Part shown: positions 52,830 through 60,683 of the stretch, in pieces | Position numbering within the stretch: position 1 is the stretch's first letter | How the letters are laid out: the number at the start of each line of letters is the position of its first letter | Origin: an uncultured Chloroflexia bacterium | Lineage (GTDB): Bacteria > Chloroflexota > Limnocylindria > Limnocylindrales > CSP1-4 | Reading direction: 5' to 3' | NCBI GenBank assembly: GCA_963712745.1 | Contig: CAVQJC010000006.1 | Span: 192,001 to 256,000, forward strand | Length of the DNA: 64,000 nt | The notes under the pieces: generated by a model | What the model saw: the letters and a program-made list of their open reading frames with translations, nothing else | What the model was told of the DNA's origin: nothing | Database searches by the model: none | Program-made: the position numbers and the translations under genes

Positions 52830-53736
52830 GTGGGAAAGTCCCCACTGGTGGCCATCAAGCAGTCCCCACCCTCGATCGATCCTGACCACCGGGTGAGGCC
52901 CCGGGGTCGCACAGTGGCGATGTCAAGCCACCACCAGCGACCCCGAGGCACACCCATCGTGAAGACTGCGAGGAAACGGTTAGACATCCTCACACATACC
53001 AGGAGCTGGGCTCGTACCGGGCCACGGCGGCGCTCTGCGGCACGACCCGCAAGACGGTCCGGCGGATCGTCGAGCGCCGCTCGAGACCGACGGTCGGGCG
53101 ACCATCGCACCCACGGAACACCGACCCGGTCGCAGAGCTCATCGCCAAGCGGGTCGAGGCCACCAGGGGCCGCATCAGCGCCAAGCGCCTGCTGCCCACC
53201 CAGCTGACACACATCGCCGAGCTCGAGCCTTCCCAGGGGTCCGGGCCGTGCGAGGCACTCTCGCGTGAGCACCTCACCCGGCTACGCCAGAGCGGGGACC
53301 GCGAGGCCATCCGCGTCCTGCTCTGGACTCGTGAGGGCGCAGTCCTGGGCCGGACCCGGGCCATCGCCCACGTCCACGGCCTCGTCGTCAACGCACCCGA
53401 GGGCTTTCGCAATCAGTTGCGAGAGCTCGGCACCGACGAGCTGCTCGAGCGCTGTGCTCGCCTACGCCCCGACCGGCCCAGTCGGCCGAGCGACGCTCGA
53501 TGATCGTGAGCCCGCACAAGACGTGCAGTGCCTGGGCCGAGATGATCTTCGGTGATCCGGTCGCGGTCGCGGCCATGATCGACCCGCTCGTCCACCACGC
53601 TGAGGTGATCGCCTTGAAGGGGAATCACCTCAGGCTGCGGGGCAAAGGAGAGGAGGTGCTGACCGGCTCCAAACAGCGCTGAGACTGTCCAGGTTCCAGC
53701 CGGCGACATCTGTTCAGGTCTGGGCCGGCGCTGACA
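52830..53736 (+). mobile_element. Composite IS scar: IS21 left end and istA N-terminus, IS110 transposase fragment, istB C-terminus and right end
   Basis: AGTCCCCAC repeats; VKTARKRLDIL..YQELGSYRATAALCGTTRKTVRR; GDREAIRVLL..RTRAIAHVHGLVVNAPE..CARLRP; FGDPVAVAAMIDPLVHHAEVIALKG; terminal CTGACA. Confidence 0.75.
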
Positions 53737-53979
53737 GGCAAGCGGACTGCGGAGACGAGACGGACAACACGCCCCGAGTGAAGGCCATCGCGACCACGTC
53801 CACGTCGGGGCGGCGCAGCGGCGGCATCAAGCCACGTCTCCGCTACCCATCCCTCCCGAGCCCGTGGCTCGCCGGCCTGACGGCCACCGGTCGCGCGCCG
53901 CCATGTCGACGAGCAGGACAGCCCGCGTTGAGCTGGATGGCAAGGGGTCTTGGGTCACGTCGACGAAAGCAGTACCAAA

Positions 53980-54013
53980 CAGTCGGACCGGCCCCGAAGG
54001 ACCGGCCCGACTG
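53980..54013 (-). terminator. Putative intrinsic terminator after the fasciclin gene
   Basis: Minus-strand hairpin CAGTCGGGCCGG...CCGGTCCGACTG followed by TTT. Confidence 0.55.
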
Positions 54014-54033
54014 GCAGAGGGAGGGAGAATGGA

Positions 54034-54621
54034 CTAGGAGAAGGTGGGAACGAGGACGTCGTCCACTGCGTGGATGATGCCGTTGTTGGCCCAGATGTTC
54101 GCGCGCACGACACGCGACGTGCCCAGCGGATTGGCCGTCGCCAGGCGGAGCGTGAACCAGCTCCCCTTGAGCTTCGCGGTCTCACCAAGCGCCATCGGCA
54201 CATGGGTGGGGCTCAGCTTGACCGCTTCGCGATAGGTCACACGGCCCAGGTTGGCGGCAGGGTCGATGACGTGGTAGAGAAGGATCTTCTCGAGAGCATC
54301 GTCCACCTCGAGGACCGCGTCGAAGTCAAGCTCGCAGATGTTCCTGGCGGTGATCGGGGTGTCGATCAGAGCGCGGCCAAGCTTGCGGAATGCGCGATCG
54401 GTGGGGCCGAACAGGGTCAGCCTGAGGTCTTCGTTGGTGAGCGTGTCAGCCACGCTGGGCGTACACGCAGCGGCGGCATACAGCGTGTCGAAGTAGCTGA
54501 TGTGCTTGACACGTTGGGCGATGTTCTTGCCGCCTGACGTGTGGTGCGCGCTCGCCACCGGGGCGAAGGCGCTGAGAGCGAGGGTAGCCAGCAGGGCGCC
54601 GGCGATGAGCTTCTTGAACAT
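54034..54621 (-). CDS. Secreted fasciclin (FAS1) domain protein
   Basis: Signal peptide, TLFGPTDRAFRKL (H1), ILLYHV and NGIIHAVDDVLVP (H2). Confidence 0.92.
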   Translation of the reverse strand: MFKKLIAGALLATLALSAFAPVASAHHTSGGKNIAQRVKHISYFDTLYAAAACTPSVADTLTNEDLRLTLFGPTDRAFRKLGRALIDTPITARNICELDFDAVLEVDDALEKILLYHVIDPAANLGRVTYREAVKLSPTHVPMALGETAKLKGSWFTLRLATANPLGTSRVVRANIWANNGIIHAVDDVLVPTFS

Positions 54622-54680
54622 GCGCGATGCCTCCTCGTTTGACTTCGGTATCGATGTTGTCTAGTGAACTGAGGTGGACA

Positions 54681-54725
54681 TCCCCTGCGAGGCCCGGCAG
54701 GGGGAGACCGGGCCTCGACAGGGGA
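54681..54725. terminator. Long intergenic hairpin
   Basis: TCCCCTG-CGAGGCCCGG...CCGGGCCTCG-A-CAGGGGA. Confidence 0.5.
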
Positions 54726-54737
54726 GTGCGGGGAGTG

Positions 54738-56039
54738 CTAGTTGACGGATGCCTCTTCGACGAGGATCACGTCGAACGAGTCGGGGAACTGGCCGATAGC
54801 GATGGCGCTGTAGGCCTTGCCGTCTTCGAGGGTGAGGGCCGGGATGTCGAAGGCGGTGGCCTTCTTGCCGGTGGGGCGGATCTCGAGGTCGACCTCGCCT
54901 GCGGGCACGTCGAGGTAGCCCTTGGCCTTGCCGAACTTGAGCTTCGTGACGATGGCCTTCTTCTTGGCCGCACCGTCGGGCGCGATGTCCACCGTGGGCG
55001 CGTTGGCGCTCAGGTGCACGACGCGGACCTTGGCGCCCTCGGCCTCGGGGGTCACCTTCTTGTCGTTGAGCACGACAGGAGTGATGTTGGCGAGGTCGTT
55101 GGTAGCCGCGACGGTGGTCAGCGTGCCGCCGTCAAACGTTAGCTCGGCGTCGATGACGACGGGTCCCTCGTCGAGCGAGAAGCCGGTCGGGACGACCTGG
55201 ATCCGGTAGCTGCCGGCGGGCACGTACAGGTACTCAGAGAGCGCGCCGAAAGGCACGTCAGTGAGGATTGCGCCACCATTAGCATAGACATCAACGTTGG
55301 GCGCGTCGGCGCTGAAGTGACCCACACGCACGCCGGCGAGCGAGTCGTCGACCGCGGGCAGAACGGTGAAGCTGGCATCACCGAGGCTGCCGATGGCGAA
55401 GACGGTGTAGCTCACGCCGCTGTCGACGGTCACCTCGGGGATGTCGAACGCGACTTCGGTGGTGCCGGCAGCGCGGATCTCGAGGTCATAAGGGCCAGCC
55501 GGGAGATCGAGGTACTCGGTCTTGTCGGGGTACTCGAGGTCCTGGATGAGCGCGTCGCCGCCATCAGGAGCGATGTCGACCGCGGGAGCGTCGAAGCTCA
55601 GGTGCGCGACGCGGACCTGCGCGTTCTCGGGGCTGGGCGCTGGGTCGTCGACGATGACCTGCGGGATGATGCCTGCCTCGCCGGCGAGGGTGCCGGTGGC
55701 AGCTACCGTGGTCTTGGTGCCGGCCTCGAAGGTCAGGGGAGCGTCGATGACGATAGGACCCTGCTCCAGAGTGGCACCGCTGGGCACGACCTGGATCTGG
55801 TAGGTGTTGGCCGGGACTTCGAGATAGGGGGTGATGTTCGCGAAGGCCAGGCCCTCGCTGATGAGTCCGCCGTCGGCGTAGATGTCGACAGCGGGCGCAT
55901 CGCCGGCGCCGTGCAGGACGCGGACCATGGCATTCTCATCCTGAGCGCCGACCGCGGTGGGGATGGCGAGCGCGGCGGTCAGCGCGGCAGCGGTGCCGAG
56001 CAGACCGAATTTGCGGCCACGGGAGAGCTGGGAGTTCAT
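54738..56039 (-). CDS. Secreted DUF4397 repeat protein
   Basis: Four (V)RVxH..DAPxVD repeats (VRVLHGAGDAP, VRVAHLSFDAP, VRVGHFSADAP, VRVVHLSANAP) and a signal peptide. Confidence 0.88.
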   Translation of the reverse strand: MNSQLSRGRKFGLLGTAAALTAALAIPTAVGAQDENAMVRVLHGAGDAPAVDIYADGGLISEGLAFANITPYLEVPANTYQIQVVPSGATLEQGPIVIDAPLTFEAGTKTTVAATGTLAGEAGIIPQVIVDDPAPSPENAQVRVAHLSFDAPAVDIAPDGGDALIQDLEYPDKTEYLDLPAGPYDLEIRAAGTTEVAFDIPEVTVDSGVSYTVFAIGSLGDASFTVLPAVDDSLAGVRVGHFSADAPNVDVYANGGAILTDVPFGALSEYLYVPAGSYRIQVVPTGFSLDEGPVVIDAELTFDGGTLTTVAATNDLANITPVVLNDKKVTPEAEGAKVRVVHLSANAPTVDIAPDGAAKKKAIVTKLKFGKAKGYLDVPAGEVDLEIRPTGKKATAFDIPALTLEDGKAYSAIAIGQFPDSFDVILVEEASVN

Positions 56040-56134
56040 TGTCGAAGAGGATCCTTTCAGGGAGGTGTGGGCTGACGGCGCGGGTAGTAGGTGGGTCAGG
56101 GAGGCGCCGCCAGCCCGTAGAGAGTCGGAGGGGA

Positions 56135-56893
56135 CTACTCCTCGTCGTCCATGTCCTCGTCGGCCATGTCCTCGTCGGCCATGTCCTCGGCGGCCATGTC
56201 TTCGGCGCTGGCGTCGAGGGCCGGGATCACCGTGAAGGTGCCCTCCTCGAAGGAGCCGATGGCGTAGGCGGAGTAGCTGTTGCCGGCCGCCAGGTCGAGC
56301 GTCGGGATGGTGAAGACAGCGTCAGGGCTGCCGGCGCCGCGGATCTCGAGATCGATCGCGCCAGCCGGGAGGCTGAGGTAAGCGGAGGTCGCGCCGAAGG
56401 GCACGTCGGTCAGGACGGGGTCACCACCAACTGGGGCGATGTCCACGGCCGGAGCGTCGAAGCTGAAGTGCGAAGCGCGGAGCTGCGTGCCGTCAGCGGT
56501 GGGCTCGGGCGTGTCGACCACGACCTGCGGGATGATGCCTGCCTCGCCGGCGAGGGTGCCGGTGGCAGCGACGGTGGTCATGGTGCCCTCACCGAACTCA
56601 AGCTCGGCCTCGATCACGACGGGGCCTTCCTCGATGGTGGCGCCGTCGGGCACGACCTGGATGAGGTAGGTGCCGGCCGGGACCGTAGCGTAGTCGGTGA
56701 TGTTGGCGAACTCGAGGGCGTCGATGAGCTCCTCGCCGTTGGCGTAGACATCGACGGCTGGGGCATCGCCCACGCCGTGGAGGACGCGGACCTTGGCACC
56801 TTCGTGGTTGTCAGCAGCGGCGAAAGCGGGGATGGCCATGACCGCGGCGAGGGCGGCGGCGGCGCTGACGAGCTGGATCTTGTTCTTGCGCAT
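56135..56893 (-). CDS. Secreted DUF4397 protein with acidic EDMAD repeat tail
   Basis: VRVLHGVGDAPAVD and LRASHFSFDAPAVD. The C-terminal (EDMAx)4 is encoded by 15-bp tandem repeats. Confidence 0.87.
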   Translation of the reverse strand: MRKNKIQLVSAAAALAAVMAIPAFAAADNHEGAKVRVLHGVGDAPAVDVYANGEELIDALEFANITDYATVPAGTYLIQVVPDGATIEEGPVVIEAELEFGEGTMTTVAATGTLAGEAGIIPQVVVDTPEPTADGTQLRASHFSFDAPAVDIAPVGGDPVLTDVPFGATSAYLSLPAGAIDLEIRGAGSPDAVFTIPTLDLAAGNSYSAYAIGSFEEGTFTVIPALDASAEDMAAEDMADEDMADEDMDDEE

Positions 56894-57061
56894 TTCGGTC
56901 GGTTCCTTTCGGGGGATCGGTACTAAGGGATCGGGGTGGCGAGTCTTTTCCTCACCGTTCGGTGTCGGGAGAGGCGCTCTACGCCTCGTTGTGTGGGCCC
57001 CTCAGGGGGACCACCGCTTGGTCATGTATCGGACCTCCTCGCTGTCTGCTGTCGTTGCGCT

Positions 57062-57168
57062 TGTTGAGTGTTTGTTCAACCGTTGCTGCGCAGAATACAG
57101 GTGTGTTCAAGGCTTGTCAAGAGTTTGTTTTTTCGGGCAGAGGTGATATCGTCGACAAAGCATGTACA
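57062..57168. promoter_or_regulatory. Divergent promoter region with 11-bp-phased TnnACA operators; minus-strand TTGACA-17-TATTCT promoter
   Basis: TGTTGA 57062 / TGTTCA 57073; TGTTCA 57104 / TGTCAA 57115 / TGTTTT 57126; TCGACA 57152 / TGTACA 57163 over the regulator ATG. Confidence 0.72.
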
Positions 57169-58121
57169 GCATCAAGCAGGCTTCGATCCGCTCCGGCGTC
57201 AGCGTTCCCCTCATCCGCGCATGGGAGCGCCGCTACGGCGTGGTCAGTCCCCAGCGCACGCCCTCGGGCTATCGCCTCTATGACGATGAAGCCATCGCCA
57301 CGCTCACGCGCGTCCGCGAGCTGACCGAGGAGGGCTGGACGGCCAGCGAAGCCAGCCGCGCGGTCCTGGCCGGAGAGGTCCCGGTCACTACGATCCCGTC
57401 ACAGCCGCCCGTTCCGCTGAGCGACGAAGCCGCGCACGCACGGCAAGCCGACCTCGTCGATCGCTTCGTGAACGGCGCCGCGGCCGTGGATATCGCTGCG
57501 ACCGGAGCTGCGCTCGATGAGATGTTCGCGCAGGGCTCGTTCGAGTCGATCGTCGACGACCTGCTGATGCCCGCTCTCACCGCGCTCGGCGTGGCCTGGA
57601 GCGAAGGACGGGTGGATGTGGCCGGCGAGCATGCCGCGAGCGCAGCGGTCCATCGCCGACTGGCAGCCTTGTACGAGGCAGCCGCCTCGGTGGGTGATCC
57701 CCGGGTCGTGGTCGGCCTTCCTCCCGGTTCCCGCCACGAGCTGGGGGCGCTGGCCTTCGCCGTCGCCCTGCGTCGCAAGGGGGTCGGCGTGCTCTACCTC
57801 GGGCCGGACGTACCCGTCGCCAGCTGGGTCCACGTGATCGAGCGGAACCGTGCGCGGGTGGCCATCATGTCCGTGGTCCAGGATGCCGACCGGGCGCCGG
57901 CACTCGACGTAGCCGAAGCCCTCCAGGCCATCGGCCACAAGCCCGTCCTCGCGCTGGGCGGGAAGAGCGCCCGCTGGGCGGGTTCGGAGGAAGTCGGTAT
58001 CGTGGTGCTCCCCGACCGCATCAACGAGGCCGCCGTCGTCGCAGCCAGACTGGCCGCGGGGACCCTCCCAGCCAGTAGTCAAGGGAGACAGGGACATGAC
58101 CCGAAGCTCGAACCTCAGTAG
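57162..58121 (+). CDS. carH: CarH/LitR-like MerR regulator with cobalamin-binding domain (putative B12 photoreceptor)
   Basis: MerR HTH LIRAWERRYG..RTPSGYRLY, W-x9-EH (WSEGRVDVAGEH), SRHELG (variant of E/DxHxxG) and YLGPDVP. Confidence 0.85.
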   Translation: MYSIKQASIRSGVSVPLIRAWERRYGVVSPQRTPSGYRLYDDEAIATLTRVRELTEEGWTASEASRAVLAGEVPVTTIPSQPPVPLSDEAAHARQADLVDRFVNGAAAVDIAATGAALDEMFAQGSFESIVDDLLMPALTALGVAWSEGRVDVAGEHAASAAVHRRLAALYEAAASVGDPRVVVGLPPGSRHELGALAFAVALRRKGVGVLYLGPDVPVASWVHVIERNRARVAIMSVVQDADRAPALDVAEALQAIGHKPVLALGGKSARWAGSEEVGIVVLPDRINEAAVVAARLAAGTLPASSQGRQGHDPKLEPQ

Positions 58122-58124
58122 CCC

Positions 58125-58892
58125 GTGGGCCTGAAGCTCACCGTCCTGGGCGCATCGGCGGCGTGGTCTGAACGACCGGGCCGGCCGTCCTCCTGCTACA
58201 TGGTCGAGATCGGCGATGAGGCCATCCTGCTGGACCTGGGGCAGGGCTCGCTGGGCTCGCTCTTCCCGCACCGAGACCCCTCGACCATCCGGGCTGTCAT
58301 CGTCAGCCACATGCACGGCGACCATCACGTCGACCTCATCCCGCTGCGCAACCTGCTCTACTACCACTACGGGGAGCCGCGCCCCATCGACCTCCATCTA
58401 CCTGCAGGCTTGCGCCGGCGCTATGACGCGTTCATGGGCGAGGACGGCTTCCTCGACTTCATGGAGGGTGCCGATGTCAGCGAGGGCACCCTTGAGGTCG
58501 GCCCCTTCCTGGTGGAGGCCCAGCCCGTCACTCATTCGGAGAACAGCCATGCCTTCCGCGTGACCGACGGAGCCAGGCCCGATGAAGCCGGCCTGGTCTA
58601 CAGCGGCGACTGCGGCCGGGCGGATGACCTGCTGCCGCTCATCCGCGCCGGGGACACGCTGTTGTGCGAGGCCTTCTGGTCGACCCGGGAGCCGGTTCCC
58701 AGCGCCAATCACCTCAGCGCAGTGCAGGCAGCTGACGTCGCCCGACGAGGAGGAGCCAGTCACTTGATCCTGACCCACGTCCTCGAGTCCTACGATCCGC
58801 AGGCCGCCCTCCGAGTTGCCCGCGAGGTCTTCCCGGGGACGGTCCAGCTGGCTGAGCCGGAGATGGTCGTGACCATCGGGACGCTCTCGTGA
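58125..58892 (+). CDS. MBL-fold metallo-hydrolase (RNase Z/BN-like)
   Basis: LDLGQG, SHMHGDHHVD, YSGD, CEA and LTH motifs. Confidence 0.88.
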   Translation: MGLKLTVLGASAAWSERPGRPSSCYMVEIGDEAILLDLGQGSLGSLFPHRDPSTIRAVIVSHMHGDHHVDLIPLRNLLYYHYGEPRPIDLHLPAGLRRRYDAFMGEDGFLDFMEGADVSEGTLEVGPFLVEAQPVTHSENSHAFRVTDGARPDEAGLVYSGDCGRADDLLPLIRAGDTLLCEAFWSTREPVPSANHLSAVQAADVARRGGASHLILTHVLESYDPQAALRVAREVFPGTVQLAEPEMVVTIGTLS

Positions 58893-60577
58893 GCACGGAG
58901 CCGGCAGCCGTCCTATCGGTCCGGTCCCGCGTCCGCGAGCTGGTCATAGATGCCTGGGCGCAGGCCACGGAGTCCGGTGCATTGCCGGCGGTCACAGACG
59001 ACGAACGTCCCGAGGTGGAGGTCGAGCGGCCGGGCAACCCCGACCACGGCGATCTCGCCACCAACCTGGCCATGAAGCTGGCACGGCCCATGCGGCGCTC
59101 GCCGCTACAGATCGCGGAATCGCTGGCAGCGGCCATGCCGTCGGGCTCGGCCGGGGTCGCCGTCAGCGAGGTGCAGGTCGCACCCCCGGGCTTCCTCAAC
59201 ATGCGCCTGTCGGCCAGCTGGCTCGAGGGCGTGCTGGATGAGGCCCGAGCGGCGGGCGACCGGTTCGGCCGCGTACGCCAGGAGCTCCCCCTCAGTTTCA
59301 ACGTCGAGTTCGTCTCGGCCAACCCCACCGGACCGCTGCACGTGGGCAATGCCCGCGGCGCCTTCGTCGGCGACCTCCTGTGCCGCGTCCTGGAAGGTGC
59401 CGGCCACCGCGTCACGCGCGAGTACTACTTCAATGACTCGGGCGCCCAGATCCGGAACCTCGGCTCATCGGTCATCGCGCGCAAGACCGGCGCAGATCTA
59501 CCCGAGGACGGCTACTACGGTGCCTACGTCGACGACCTTGCGGCAGAACTGCCAGAGCCCGTGTGGACCGCCGCGAACGAGCCCGGAGCCGACCGCGACG
59601 GCATCGTCAGCGATTGGGCCCAGGAACGCGTGCGGGCGGGCATCGAGGCCAGCCTCGAGCGACTCGGGGTCCACTTCGATGTGTGGAAGAGTGAGACGAG
59701 CCTGCACACGGATGGCTGGGTCGCACGCTCGGTCGAGCAACTGCGGGAAAGGGGCCACATCTACGAGGAGGATGGCGCCACCTGGTTCCGCTCCACAGCC
59801 TTCGGTGACGACAAGGACCGCGTGGTGTACCGCTCGGGGGGGCAGCCGACCTACTTCGCCTCCGACATCGGCTATGTGACCGAGAAGTTCAGCCGTGGCT
59901 TCGACAAGCTCATCTACATCTGGGGCGCCGATCACCACGGCACCGTTGCCCGCGTGCGCAACGCGGCGGAGGCGATGGGCTTGGACAAGGAGGCCGTGGA
60001 GATGCGGCTCGTGGCCTGGGTCCGGTTCGTCCGCGATGGCCAGGAGATCCCCATGAGCAAGCGCACGGGCGAGTTCCTCACGCTCGACGAACTGCTCGAG
60101 GAGCTGGGCGTGGACGCGGCGCGCTGGTCCTTCGCCTCGCGCGCTGCCAGCTCGCCCATCGACGTCGACCTGGAGTTGGCCAAGAAACAATCGGCGGAGA
60201 ACCCGGTCTACTACGTGCAGTACGCGCATGCCCGCATCAGCTCCATCCTGGCCAAGGCGGCGAGCGCGGGCATCACACCTGCGACCGGCTTCGGTGGCGT
60301 GCTCGAGGGCGACCCGGTCGCCACCGGCCTGGCGCGAGAGGCGCTTCGTCTGCCGGAGGTAGTCGAGGACGCGGCCACCTCTGAGGAGACCCACGGGGTG
60401 ACTGCCTACGCCATGGAGCTCGCGACCACCTTCCACGCCTTCTACCGTGACCGTCGTGTCGTCGACCCCGACGATCTCACGACCTCGGCCGGACGGCTCG
60501 CGCTCGTGAGCGTGACACGCGCTGCCATCCGCAATGCGCTCGCCCTCCTGGGCATCTCCGCGCCCGACTCGATGTAG
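58889..60577 (+). CDS. argS: Arginine--tRNA ligase
   Basis: HGDLATN, PPGFLN, EFVSANPTGPLHVGNAR, GADHHG, MSKRTG and YYVQYAHAR motifs. Confidence 0.98.
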   Translation: MSTEPAAVLSVRSRVRELVIDAWAQATESGALPAVTDDERPEVEVERPGNPDHGDLATNLAMKLARPMRRSPLQIAESLAAAMPSGSAGVAVSEVQVAPPGFLNMRLSASWLEGVLDEARAAGDRFGRVRQELPLSFNVEFVSANPTGPLHVGNARGAFVGDLLCRVLEGAGHRVTREYYFNDSGAQIRNLGSSVIARKTGADLPEDGYYGAYVDDLAAELPEPVWTAANEPGADRDGIVSDWAQERVRAGIEASLERLGVHFDVWKSETSLHTDGWVARSVEQLRERGHIYEEDGATWFRSTAFGDDKDRVVYRSGGQPTYFASDIGYVTEKFSRGFDKLIYIWGADHHGTVARVRNAAEAMGLDKEAVEMRLVAWVRFVRDGQEIPMSKRTGEFLTLDELLEELGVDAARWSFASRAASSPIDVDLELAKKQSAENPVYYVQYAHARISSILAKAASAGITPATGFGGVLEGDPVATGLAREALRLPEVVEDAATSEETHGVTAYAMELATTFHAFYRDRRVVDPDDLTTSAGRLALVSVTRAAIRNALALLGISAPDSM

Positions 60578-60627
60578 GCGCAGCGGAGCGGAACACCCCT
60601 TCGACTCGCAGCGCCGGCCGGTCATGA

Positions 60628-60656
60628 CGAAGGCCGGGCTCCGGGCCCGGCCTTCG
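60628..60656. terminator. Hairpin between convergent genes
   Basis: CGAAGGCCGGG...CCCGGCCTTCG. Confidence 0.55.
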
Positions 60657-60683
60657 AGTCTGTGACGGTGGAGACGCGAGCCG

